Shown: positions 27,875 through 36,535, counted from the first letter of the stretch. The stretch is 64,000 nucleotides of DNA from an uncultured Chloroflexia bacterium (GCA_963720315.1 CAVRFC010000005.1:1375437-1439436), one strand, 5' to 3'. Notes: generated from the sequence alone by a model not told the origin. Program-made: numbers and translations.

Positions 27875-28255
27875 ATGGACTGGAACATCCCCCTTTGGAT
27901 CCTGCAGATCGTGATGGCGCTCGTCTTCCTGGGCGCAGGGTACGCGCACGCGATCGGTTACGAGCGATCGCTCACCAACCCGCGGATGGCCTGGATGACG
28001 GCACTCCCGAAGAACGTCCTTCAGGTGATCGGAATCCTCGAGATTGCCGGCGCCATCGGGCTGATCCTGCCGGCGCTGACCGGGATCGCGCCCTGGCTGA
28101 CGCCGCTCGCGGCGCTGATGCTGGCGCTCCTCATGGTCTTCGCGATGGTCTTCCACTACACGAGGCGCGAGTTCCCGAATATCGTGTTCAACGCCATTCT
28201 TGGGCTTCTCTCCGGCGTCATCGCCTATGGACGGTTCGTCGTCTCGCCCTTCTGA
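27875..28255 (+). CDS. DoxX-family membrane protein
   Basis: It is a four-TM small protein: MDWNIPLWILQIVMALVFLGAGYAH...IGILEIAGAIGLILP. Confidence 0.8.
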   Translation: MDWNIPLWILQIVMALVFLGAGYAHAIGYERSLTNPRMAWMTALPKNVLQVIGILEIAGAIGLILPALTGIAPWLTPLAALMLALLMVFAMVFHYTRREFPNIVFNAILGLLSGVIAYGRFVVSPF

Positions 28256-28352
28256 CCGCCCCCGGCCTGTAACGATGGCGTTCGGGAGACGTCAACCCGT
28301 CGGACGTCCATCAGCGACGCGGCTCGCTGGCGTCGGCCCGGAGGCCACACCC

Positions 28353-28829
28353 ATGCGGTACTGGACACGGCTCGGTCTTTTCGTGCTGCTGATCGTCGCG
28401 GCCGCCGGCTGTGGACGAGGGCAGGCGACCATCCCAGCCGGCGGCCAGCAGGTCCATATATCGGTCACCGGCTCCGAGGTGCGTCTCGACCCGACCAGCG
28501 TCCGCGCCGGGGACGTCTACGTGGTGCTCGACACGCCTGGCTCGATCGTCGGGTTCGCGCAACGGCAACATAGCGCTACGGAGACTCCGGGTCCGCTCAG
28601 CGACGAGGACCTCGACCGGCTCGCCCGCGGCGATACCGAGGGGACGTCTATCGGCGGATTCGACGACATCGGCTGCGATGCGGGCCAACGAGCCGAGGAT
28701 CGGGGCCAGATGGGCTACTGCGGCAACGTGTTCAAGGAGGTCCTGACCCCTGGGAAGTACGCGTTCTTCGTCGGCGACCCGGAAGGCGAAGGGCCGCGAT
28801 CGGTCGCCGTCCTCGAGGTCCTGCCCTGA
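28353..28829 (+). CDS. lipoprotein, possibly cupredoxin-like
   Basis: The lipobox is LLIVAAAGC-G. It is followed by a beta-rich domain (VHISVTGSEVRLDPTSVRAGDVYVVL). Confidence 0.65.
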   Translation: MRYWTRLGLFVLLIVAAAGCGRGQATIPAGGQQVHISVTGSEVRLDPTSVRAGDVYVVLDTPGSIVGFAQRQHSATETPGPLSDEDLDRLARGDTEGTSIGGFDDIGCDAGQRAEDRGQMGYCGNVFKEVLTPGKYAFFVGDPEGEGPRSVAVLEVLP

Positions 28830-29249
28830 CCGCAGGCCCGATCATTCTCGGTCAGCTTCCGTCAGCGGCCGCGCGAGCCTTGGCTACGACGCCCGTCCAG
28901 AACTCGACAGCTGGGCATGCTCGTCCAGCTCGGCATCGTCCCGGCACCCGGACGGGTCCCCGTCACTGCCTAACGCACCGACAGCGTTCACTTGGGCCTC
29001 GGCACAACGCCGGGGCCTTCGTGTGTCCGGCGGCACGTGCTCGGTGCGAGCCTGACCCGCTCGGACGACGGGCCGGAGGAGCGCTCCGCGTCGCGACGCC
29101 TCCCGTAAGGGTCTGCCCTGAGGCGCGACACGACGCCTGTCGCAGGCCGGGAACGGCCGGATGACGATAGTCGGGGAAGCGGCTGTGGTCGACGATCGCG
29201 GTGATGAACGCACAGACGTTCACGCCCGACCAATCGACTGGAGTCAGCC

Positions 29250-29582
29250 GTGTTCGCACCGACGATGGCCATCCCGAGGTTCGGCCTTCGGCGCGCGCCC
29301 CGGCTCGTTACGAAGATCGCGACGGTCTTCGCTCAGTTCGCCCTCATCTTCGCCTTTGCCGTCGCCGGGACGATCTTCCTCGGTCTGACGATCGCCTCGC
29401 CGATCGTCGTGCCGCTGGCCGGACGCCAGGCCGTGGCCTTGTCGGCGACGGACCTCGCGACCGCGGGTCAGCTGGGCTCGATGTGGTGGCTGTTCGCGGT
29501 CGGCATGATCGTCAGCTTCGGCGCCGCGCTCGCAACGATCGGCAACTTCATGCAGCGCCTGGCGGCTCCGCCCGAGGCGTAG
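29250..29582 (+). CDS. small membrane protein, paralogue of 36167-36511
   Basis: It has a GTG start with GGAG upstream. Two hydrophobic blocks are separated by SATDLATAGQLG, and the tail is IGNFMQRLAAPPEA. The pattern matches ORF 36167-36511. Confidence 0.55.
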   Translation: MFAPTMAIPRFGLRRAPRLVTKIATVFAQFALIFAFAVAGTIFLGLTIASPIVVPLAGRQAVALSATDLATAGQLGSMWWLFAVGMIVSFGAALATIGNFMQRLAAPPEA

Positions 29583-30352
29583 TCGCATTCGCGCTGGCCA
29601 GCTCGGGAGCAGGCGCCTTGTCGATCCGCGCTGCGACCAGCGCGATGAGTTCGTCGGTGCCGGCGCGCGCACGCTCGTCATCGAAACCGACGCTGCCCCG
29701 GGACAGTCGGCAGGCGAGCGCTGCGTCGATCAGCCAGGCCCATTCAGGCATTCGCGCTCGGGCCCAGGCCGCCCCTTCCAGTTTCGAGGAATGCGTCCCG
29801 GTCTCGACCGTTCTGAGCGCTCGACAGATCGTCAGCACCGCGTAGGCGCGGCCACCAGGCGTAGCCGCGACCATGGCTCTGACGGGAGATCTGATCGGCG
29901 TAGCGCGCCGCCGCTGCGACGAACTCGGCCATAGAGATCGGCGGGACCAGCGTCCCGGCAGGCGGCCCGAAGAGCGTGCGTCCGGCCTCCCGGATCAGGT
30001 ACCAGTTCTGGAGCCACTCAACGACGCGATCGTCTCGCAGGTGGAACGGTTCGCCGGGGCTGATGACCGCGAGACGGGCGGTGCTCGTCCGGAACGACCG
30101 CAACGCGGCTCGGCCGATGTAGACCACTTCGAGCCGATCGCTCCAGTCGGGATGCAGGCTCACGACATCGTCGTGGACGCGGCCCAGACCGGCAAGGTCG
30201 ATCTGGTCGGCTTCCCGGGCGGTCACGACGACCAGGTCGACATCGCTCACTCCCGGATCGAAGCCGCCTGACACGTACGAACCGTAGAGATAGATCCCGA
30301 CGAGGTCATCGCCGAGAGCCGCGTGGATCCTCGAAACCAGGGTCTCGAGCAA
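29548..30352 (-). CDS. nucleotidyltransferase (NTP_transf_2 + DUF4111; ANT(3'')/AadA-like architecture); one frame correction near 29855
   Basis: The NTase motif is GIYLYGSYVSGGFDPGVSDVDLVVV. The DUF4111-like part is AYAVLTICRALRTVETGTHSSKLEGAAWA. ORFs 29744-30352 and 29548-29874 join after a 1-nt shift. Confidence 0.75.
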
Positions 30353-30373
30353 CGACTCGACGTCCGGCGACGC

Positions 30374-31669
30374 TCATCCCCGCCGCTTCACCGAACGGCC
30401 CTGCGCGTCGCGGGTCCGGGCCAGGTTCGCGCTCGCGAAATGGACTTCCTTGAGGGCCATCGCGGCCATCGGCGCGGCGAACGTGTCGCCTTCCGACGCG
30501 AGCTCGCCGACCAGGCCACGGAGCTCCGGGTCGCGGCCGGCGTAGGCGCGGATCCGATGTCCGGTCGCGTCGAGGATGCGGCGGGCGCTCGCGTAGTCGC
30601 CGGCTCGGTTGAGGCGGACGGCCTCCTGGCGGGCGCGCGCGGCAAACTGGGTCGCCACGGCCCGGTCGACTTCCGTGTCGCGTGGCTGGGCGTCGTTCGC
30701 GGCGTCGTCTGCGTACGCCCAAGAGAGGCGCGCGTCCGACGCCGACGCCCGTCCTCCGGCGGCGAAGATGCCGTCACGATCGCTCAGCCCGACGATGACC
30801 CCCGTCTCGCGCCCGACCTCCCCGTACGGGAAGGTGATGCGGAGAACGACATCGAGGACCTGCTCCGCGACGAGATCGCCGAGACCGATGACTGTCCGGC
30901 TGCCGCGCGGGCGGGTCGGCTGAGGCGAGATCGCCTCGACCCCGACGTCCTCCGCCGCGACGACCTCCAGCTCGACGTCGCGGGCGACGATCTCCAGGGT
31001 CTCGCCGACCTCGCTCGTGATGTGGTCGCGGATCGTGGCCGCGTCGCGGACGAAGTAGAAGTGGCCGCCGCCGGCGTCGGCCATGCCCTGGAGCAAGGCC
31101 TCGTCGAAGTCCGCACCGACGCCGAACGTCGTCGTCGACACGCCGCGGGCGCGAAGCTCCGCGGCATGCTTCGCGAGCTCGATCGGATCCGTCAGGCCCT
31201 TGTTGGCGAGCCCATCGGTCAGGACGAGGCAGCGATTGACGCCGTCGGCCGCGAGGTGGGTCGCGACCTGCTCGGCGCCACGGAACCAGCCCTCAGACAG
31301 GTTCGTGCTGCCGCGGGCGTCGATCGCGTCGAGTCGCGCAATCGCGTTCCGCCGGGCCTCCGCCGAACCGGGCGTGCTCTCGACGACGAGATCGACGACG
31401 TCGTCGTACACGACGATGCTGAACCGATCGCGTCCGTCGAGGTGCTCGAGAGCGGCCGAAACGGTCCTCTTGGCGAGCTCGATCTTCTCGCCCGACATGG
31501 AGCCCGACCGATCGAGCACGAACGCGAGATTGACGGGGAGCCGATCCCGTTCGCGGGTCGCCGGGGGCGCGGTGACCTGGACGAGGATGAAGCGCTTGCT
31601 CCGACGATGCGGCCGGATGAGGCGCCGATCGGCGCGGGCGGTTATGGCGGTGTTGGCGGTGTTGGTCAT
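30374..31669 (-). CDS. cytosolic von Willebrand factor type A (vWA) domain protein with helical C-terminal extension
   Basis: The MIDAS motif is VLDRSGSMSG, followed by TNLSEGW and LTDGLAN. There is no signal peptide. The start ATG overlaps the merR-family stop (ATGA at 31666-31669). Confidence 0.85.
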   Translation of the reverse strand: MTNTANTAITARADRRLIRPHRRSKRFILVQVTAPPATRERDRLPVNLAFVLDRSGSMSGEKIELAKRTVSAALEHLDGRDRFSIVVYDDVVDLVVESTPGSAEARRNAIARLDAIDARGSTNLSEGWFRGAEQVATHLAADGVNRCLVLTDGLANKGLTDPIELAKHAAELRARGVSTTTFGVGADFDEALLQGMADAGGGHFYFVRDAATIRDHITSEVGETLEIVARDVELEVVAAEDVGVEAISPQPTRPRGSRTVIGLGDLVAEQVLDVVLRITFPYGEVGRETGVIVGLSDRDGIFAAGGRASASDARLSWAYADDAANDAQPRDTEVDRAVATQFAARARQEAVRLNRAGDYASARRILDATGHRIRAYAGRDPELRGLVGELASEGDTFAAPMAAMALKEVHFASANLARTRDAQGRSVKRRG

Positions 31670-32283
31670 GACGGATCCTCCTCGAGGAGATCGCGGGCGA
31701 TCGACACGAGCCGATCGACCTGCTTGGCGAGCGGCCGCGGCAGCGGCCGGCGGACGTGGAGTTCGATGTCTGGGGCGAGCGGGATGCGTTCCCACTGGGA
31801 GCGTTCGAAGTTCCGACCCGGCGCCGGTTCGACACCGAGGGTGATCGGAGCCCGCGCGGCGGCCAATGGTTGCGGGTGACCGGGTTCCGCGGCCAACGCG
31901 TATGAAGCGGCTGGACGCTCCCCGATGCCTGGCCAACGCATCAGACTCGCCGGCGGCGGCCCGAGGACGCGCCGGATGTAGTCGAGCGCGGAGTCCTGTG
32001 GATCCGCCACTTCGGGCGGCTGGTCAGCCAGGGTCGCGATGGCCGCGTCGTCCAGCCCGGCCAGGCGCTGACGGATCTCGGCGAGCGGGAGGTGCTCCCG
32101 CTGGAGTTTTCGGACGAGCCGCAGCCTGCCCAGGTGTGCATCGTCGTACTTCGCGCCCGGACCGGAGCTGCCCGAAGAGGGGAGCAGCCCCTGGGACATG
32201 TAGTAGCGAACCGTCCGGGGCGTGACACCGGCCAGGTCGGCCAGCTCGGTCAGGGAGTAGCGGGGAGTATCGGCAGGAGACAT
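31666..32283 (-). CDS. MerR-family transcriptional regulator with atypical cysteine-free C-terminal half
   Basis: The N-terminal HTH is YSLTELADLAGVTPRTVRYYMSQGLL...YDDAHLGRLRLVRKLQREHLPLAEIRQRL. The remaining ~130 aa contain no Cys and no effector domain that I recognise. Confidence 0.85.
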   Translation of the reverse strand: MSPADTPRYSLTELADLAGVTPRTVRYYMSQGLLPSSGSSGPGAKYDDAHLGRLRLVRKLQREHLPLAEIRQRLAGLDDAAIATLADQPPEVADPQDSALDYIRRVLGPPPASLMRWPGIGERPAASYALAAEPGHPQPLAAARAPITLGVEPAPGRNFERSQWERIPLAPDIELHVRRPLPRPLAKQVDRLVSIARDLLEEDPS

Positions 32284-32295
32284 GGCCGTAACATA

Positions 32296-32315
32296 ACAGT
32301 GTGACGTAACACTGT
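32296..32315. promoter_or_regulatory. candidate MerR operator: ACAGTGT-N6-ACACTGT in an AT-rich spacer
   Basis: It is a perfect 7-bp inverted repeat 13 nt upstream of the merR-family ATG (32283). The surrounding 36-nt spacer is conspicuously AT-rich for this sequence. Confidence 0.5.
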
Positions 32316-32319
32316 CAAG

Positions 32320-32793
32320 TCACGACGGCACGTCGAACAGGGCTAACTCCTCGGCGTCCGGTGCCTCGAATGACGCCGCGAACCGCTCCAGTTGCGAGCG
32401 GCTGATTGTCACCGCTCCAACCTCGCTTGCCACGCGACCCTCCAGGCGGCGCGACAACTCATCGAGCGGGACGCCCAGGTAGCGGAGCTCGACAGCCGCG
32501 CCGATGGCCCGAGCGCCGGCTCGCTTCTCGTCCCGATCCGAGCGAAGCCAGAAGCCGGATTCAAGGATGACGCTCTGGCCGAGGCGTAGTAGCTCCTGCG
32601 CTAGATCCCAAAACAGCCGCTCCAAGCGGCCCCGTATCTCCTCATCCCACAGGTCGATGCCAAGACCGGCCAGCCACTCGTCGGGCGCGAGGCGCACGGC
32701 TCCCAGTCTCGCCGCGAGCCGTTGTGCTTCCGTCGTCTTCCCTGAGCCCGGCAGCCCGCACATCAGCACGAGGCGCGGTCGCGGCGAGTCCAT
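32320..32793 (-). CDS. P-loop kinase-like ATPase (AAA_33 type)
   Basis: The Walker A motif is LVLMCGLPGSGKTT. At 157 aa, its size and layout resemble small-molecule or polynucleotide kinases of the AAA_33/zeta-like group. Confidence 0.8.
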   Translation of the reverse strand: MDSPRPRLVLMCGLPGSGKTTEAQRLAARLGAVRLAPDEWLAGLGIDLWDEEIRGRLERLFWDLAQELLRLGQSVILESGFWLRSDRDEKRAGARAIGAAVELRYLGVPLDELSRRLEGRVASEVGAVTISRSQLERFAASFEAPDAEELALFDVPS

Positions 32794-32856
32794 GCGCTAA
32801 CGGTAGCCCGCCCTTCGGACATCCTGCCATCGACGATTTCGACGTGCGTCCAACCA

Positions 32857-32907
32857 AGCGAAATGATTCCGTTTGCGTGGAACTACCCCGATTCGGCCTT
32901 GGAGGAG
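32857..32907. repeat. 51-nt intergenic repeat, copy 1 (copy 2 at 41538-41588)
   Basis: An ungapped comparison gives 40 of 51 identical positions. The consensus is AGCGAAnTnATTCCGTTTGnnTGGAnnTnnCCCGAnTCGGCCnnGGAGGAG. Confidence 0.7.
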
Positions 32908-32999
32908 GAGCGAACCGGCGTCGTCCGAATTCGCACGGGTTTGCGCGGCCCACGCCGGATCGAAGCGCCGTTCGGCGCCCCCGGCGCGCGGCCCCGCGG

Positions 33000-33425
33000 T
33001 CAGCCGCCCGCTTTGGGCATCTCCATGCCCGGCGCCAGCTGCGTCAGCGCCAGGATGTTGTCCTCGCTGTCCTTGAACCACGCAGCGGCCATGCCGCTCG
33101 CGTCGCGGTCGACGCCGTTCACGGTGTTCGGACCCTTGTCGCCCATCGCGTAGTCCTCGAAGACCACGCCCCTGGCGCGCAGGTCGGTCATCGCCTGATC
33201 GATGTCGCCGACGACGAAGGTTCCGACCGTGTGCTTGCCGGTGCCCGCAAACTCGGTCTGGTAGAGCAGGAACGTGACGCCGCCCGGAGAGTAGACCGCG
33301 CCGCCGCCCCCCATGTCCATGGATGGGGTCAGGCCAAGCTTTTCCTGGTACCAGCGCTTGGCGCGCTCGAAGTCCTTGGCCGGGACATTCGCGAACAGCG
33401 GGGATTGATCGAGCATCGGAGGCAC
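33000..33425 (-). CDS. VOC/glyoxalase-family protein
   Basis: It reads FANVPAKDFERAKRWYQEKLGL...GVVFEDY...AAWFKDSEDNILAL, which is typical of the glyoxalase/bleomycin-resistance fold. Confidence 0.85.
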   Translation of the reverse strand: MPPMLDQSPLFANVPAKDFERAKRWYQEKLGLTPSMDMGGGGAVYSPGGVTFLLYQTEFAGTGKHTVGTFVVGDIDQAMTDLRARGVVFEDYAMGDKGPNTVNGVDRDASGMAAAWFKDSEDNILALTQLAPGMEMPKAGG

Positions 33426-33460
33426 CTCCCTGGAGTCGACTTTGATAGATGGAGGCTACA

Positions 33461-34870
33461 TCACGGACTGAAGGATCCCATCTCGCCATCGGCGATCCGA
33501 CGCTCCTCGGAGCCGTCGGCGGGCAGCACGACGATGCCGACGACCCCGTCGTCGCGAACCAGCGGCAGGAGAATCGACGAGCTATCCGGCGCCCAGAACC
33601 GATGACTGAGCGCGTACTGGTCGAAGAACGGCAGGAGCTGCAGCCCGAACAGATCCGACACGCGAACATCCCGTGACGAGCGGATCGTTCCGCTCGCGAC
33701 ATCGATGAATGCGAGCCGGAGGGCGTAGCCGGAGTCAGTGGCTGCCGGCCGGAAGGCGAGGGCCGGAGCGGCGACGCCGACCGACGCAAGCTCGTCGTCG
33801 TCCGGCCCCGGAAGGCGAAGGGCCGCAATCGTCCGACCGTCTGGCGACCAGAAGAACGCGACGATCGCCCCGTCGAGCAGCTTCCGGGCAGAGCCGGAGG
33901 CCACGTCGACGATGCGAAGCGGCCCGATCGGTAGCCCGATGGCCGGGCCCGATGTTTCCGGAGCGATGAACGCCAGGCTCGTCCCCGCCGGCGCGAAGCC
34001 GATCGCCGCCATGCCCGGGATCGGGATCTCATGTCGGTCGGCGCCGTCCCGCGATTCGATGACGATCGACTCCGAGCCGCCAGTCGCGATGACGAAGGCC
34101 CGATGGGTTCCGTCATGGGACACGACCGGAGACCGGAAGATGCCGGGTGCGGACGCCGCTGGCGTTCCGGCCGCTCCATCGAGCCCGACTTCCCCGAGAA
34201 ACGCATCGGGACCGCCGGCCCCGACGTTCATGAGGACCCTGGCGGGTTCGATCCAGTCCCAGTAGAGCGGCGCGCCCTCGCGGACGACTGCCGCCGCGGC
34301 GCTTGCGTCGGCTGGTGCCACGCGCATCGCGAGCCCTTCCGGTTCGGTCGTCAGAAACGCCACCCGGCGGCTGTCGGGTGTCCAGTACAGGTAGAAGGGC
34401 GGTCGATCGGGGCTCCGATAGAGGGCGAGCGGTGCGGTCACGGCCGTCGGGTCCGCGTTGCCTTCTCCGCGGGCCTGGAAGACGTAGACACCGCCGTCGC
34501 TCGTGGCGCCGCCGATCGCGGCGATCCGCGTGCCGTCCGGCGACCAGGCGGGGAAGACGAACTGGACGCCGTCGACGGGGTGGGGGACGAGGCTGCCGCC
34601 GCGGTCGTCCATCGTCGTGAGGGTCCCGGCCGCGTCGACGACCGCGATGCGCGTCGGGGCCGACGCGTTGGATGAGCTGCCAAGGAGCTTGACGACGCCG
34701 CTCACCTGGAGCGCCGCGAGTAGCACGACGGCGGCGATGAGAGTCAGGACCACCGCGATCCGGAGGCGGCCGCGCGAGCTGGTGGGCGCCGCGTCGTCGG
34801 CCGGTTCTACGGCCTCCGTCGCGTCCTCGATCGCGGGCTCCGGCTCCGGAGTGGGTCGCTCCTCGTCCAT
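33461..34870 (-). CDS. membrane-anchored TolB-like beta-propeller (PD40 repeats)
   Basis: It has an N-terminal TM (IAVVLTLIAAVVLLAAL). PD40 motifs are repeated: WSPDGTRIAA, YWTPDSRRVAF, FWSPDGRTIAA and FWAPDSSSILL. Confidence 0.75.
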   Translation of the reverse strand: MDEERPTPEPEPAIEDATEAVEPADDAAPTSSRGRLRIAVVLTLIAAVVLLAALQVSGVVKLLGSSSNASAPTRIAVVDAAGTLTTMDDRGGSLVPHPVDGVQFVFPAWSPDGTRIAAIGGATSDGGVYVFQARGEGNADPTAVTAPLALYRSPDRPPFYLYWTPDSRRVAFLTTEPEGLAMRVAPADASAAAAVVREGAPLYWDWIEPARVLMNVGAGGPDAFLGEVGLDGAAGTPAASAPGIFRSPVVSHDGTHRAFVIATGGSESIVIESRDGADRHEIPIPGMAAIGFAPAGTSLAFIAPETSGPAIGLPIGPLRIVDVASGSARKLLDGAIVAFFWSPDGRTIAALRLPGPDDDELASVGVAAPALAFRPAATDSGYALRLAFIDVASGTIRSSRDVRVSDLFGLQLLPFFDQYALSHRFWAPDSSSILLPLVRDDGVVGIVVLPADGSEERRIADGEMGSFSP

Positions 34871-35008
34871 CTCTCAACGATACGGCGCGGTCGGCCGCCC
34901 GGATGGGGTTCGACGTGGACATGCAGCGTAGAATCGAAGGTCTCCCGACCCGCCCACGAGTCGGCACCCGCGGCTCGGACGGGCCGGAACGCCGTTCAAG
35001 GAGGATCT

Positions 35009-35404
35009 ATGAACGCGTTCCTGGTCGACCTGGAGAACAAGCCCGGCGCACTCGCCACATTGGCCGAGGCGATCGCCGCGAAGGGAGTCAACCTCCTCGG
35101 CGTGAGTGGAACGAGCTGCTCGGACGGAGGTCGCGTCGCGATCTTGACGGCCGACGACGCGGCCGCCCGAGCGGCACTCGAGGAGAAGAAGATCTCGTTC
35201 AAGGAGATGGAGGTAACCGAGGCGAGCCTCGGCCACATCCCCGGCACGCTCGCGAAAGCGGCCCGTCGGCTGGCCGAAGCCGGCGTGAACATCGAGGCGA
35301 TCTTCCCGACGGGCATGTCGGGAAACGACATCTCGGTCGCGTTCGTGACCGATAACCCGACGAAGGCCAAGGAAGCCCTTTCGGTCGCGGGCATCCGCCG
35401 CTAA
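35009..35404 (+). CDS. ACT-domain protein (tandem ACT)
   Basis: Two ACT-like halves are present: FLVDLENKPGALATLAEAIAAKGVNL and LGHIPGTLAKAARRLAEAGVNI. Confidence 0.8.
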   Translation: MNAFLVDLENKPGALATLAEAIAAKGVNLLGVSGTSCSDGGRVAILTADDAAARAALEEKKISFKEMEVTEASLGHIPGTLAKAARRLAEAGVNIEAIFPTGMSGNDISVAFVTDNPTKAKEALSVAGIRR

Positions 35405-35430
35405 CCGCGCGCTCGCCCTGTTGACAAGTT

Positions 35431-35487
35431 GAGAGCCCTCGTGCTCGGCATGGGGTTGTCGAAGCTCCATTCCGACCGAGGGCTCTC
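35431..35487. repeat. perfect 11-bp inverted repeat (GAGAGCCCTCG / CGAGGGCTCTC) with 35-nt loop between convergent genes
   Basis: It is read directly, with arms at 35431-35441 and 35477-35487. It may be a bidirectional terminator or a REP-like element. Confidence 0.6.
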
Positions 35488-35498
35488 ATGCTCCATCG

Positions 35499-35930
35499 TC
35501 AGGCGCTCCCCGTTTCGATTCGTGCGAGGGCGCCGAGGATCATTGCTATGACCTGGACCGTCGACGCCGCAGGCATGTCAATCCGGATCGTCGCGGCCTC
35601 GGTGAGCATCGGGTTGTAGTCGCCGGCCGAGCCCGCCAGCGCGCGCATGTCCGTCCGAACCAGCACGATCCATTTCTTCAAGCCGAAGGCATAGCCGACT
35701 TCCCAGCACGTGCCGGAGTCGGGGTTCGGGCCGTCCATGATCGCCACCAGCCCATCGGCCCAATCGATCCCACCGACATCGGTCGCGAAGATGCCAGCGC
35801 TGTCCTTGCCGGGTTCCTGTTCCTGCGGCAGGAACACCTCGTGGCCGGCTGCCCGTAGGGCGGCGGTGACTTCGGCGTTCCAGGTGCGCTCGGGCGTCGT
35901 GAACAGCGGACCGGCGAAATAGAGCTTCAT
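35499..35930 (-). CDS. nucleoside 2-deoxyribosyltransferase-family protein
   Basis: It reads MKLYFAGPLFTTPER...FLPQEQ...DSGTCWEVGYAFGLKK, the characteristic NDT motifs. Confidence 0.8.
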   Translation of the reverse strand: MKLYFAGPLFTTPERTWNAEVTAALRAAGHEVFLPQEQEPGKDSAGIFATDVGGIDWADGLVAIMDGPNPDSGTCWEVGYAFGLKKWIVLVRTDMRALAGSAGDYNPMLTEAATIRIDMPAASTVQVIAMILGALARIETGSA

Positions 35931-36166
35931 GGCCGCGAGTATCGCGGAGTGCAGCCCGGTGCGCGCGCGCCCCGCAACGCGATCCGACCGAACCGGGTGG
36001 CCAGATGCGGGAGCGGCGGGGTTGGGAGCATGGCGTGCGGGCGTAGGTGCCCGTTCGAGTCCCTTGTCCCGCCCTGCGACGGACAGATGACGATGGTCGC
36101 GACTCGAGCAGCGGGGGAAGATCAGGCCCACGGACGCGTTAGGCGTTCACAACAGCAAGCAAAGCA

Positions 36167-36511
36167 TTGGAGTTCATCGTGACCACCGCCTTCAACGTCG
36201 AAGCCCCGCGGAGCAACAGCGGCCCGTCGGAGGGCACGAGGATCGCCGCGATCGTGGTGCTCGGACTCGGTCTCGCCGGGTTTCTCGTCCTCGCCGGCAT
36301 CACACTCGTGTCGCTCGCCATCGCGTTTCCGATCGCAATCGCCGTCGTAGACCAGTACAGCCTGTACGTTTCAGCCTCGGACATGGCGCTCGCCGCGCAG
36401 TTCAGCACGTATGCACCGGCGTTCTTCGTCGCCGGACTTGCCGCTTTCGTCGCGGCGCTCGTGACGATCGTCAAGCTCATTCAGCGCATCGACCGCGGCC
36501 CCGCCGCTTAA
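36167..36511 (+). CDS. small membrane protein, paralogue of 29250-29582
   Basis: Two hydrophobic blocks are separated by SASDMALAAQFS, and the tail is IVKLIQRIDRGPAA. It is followed by a strong terminator. Confidence 0.55.
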   Translation: MEFIVTTAFNVEAPRSNSGPSEGTRIAAIVVLGLGLAGFLVLAGITLVSLAIAFPIAIAVVDQYSLYVSASDMALAAQFSTYAPAFFVAGLAAFVAALVTIVKLIQRIDRGPAA

Positions 36512-36535
36512 CCTCCACCCGCTCCCGCTCTACCA

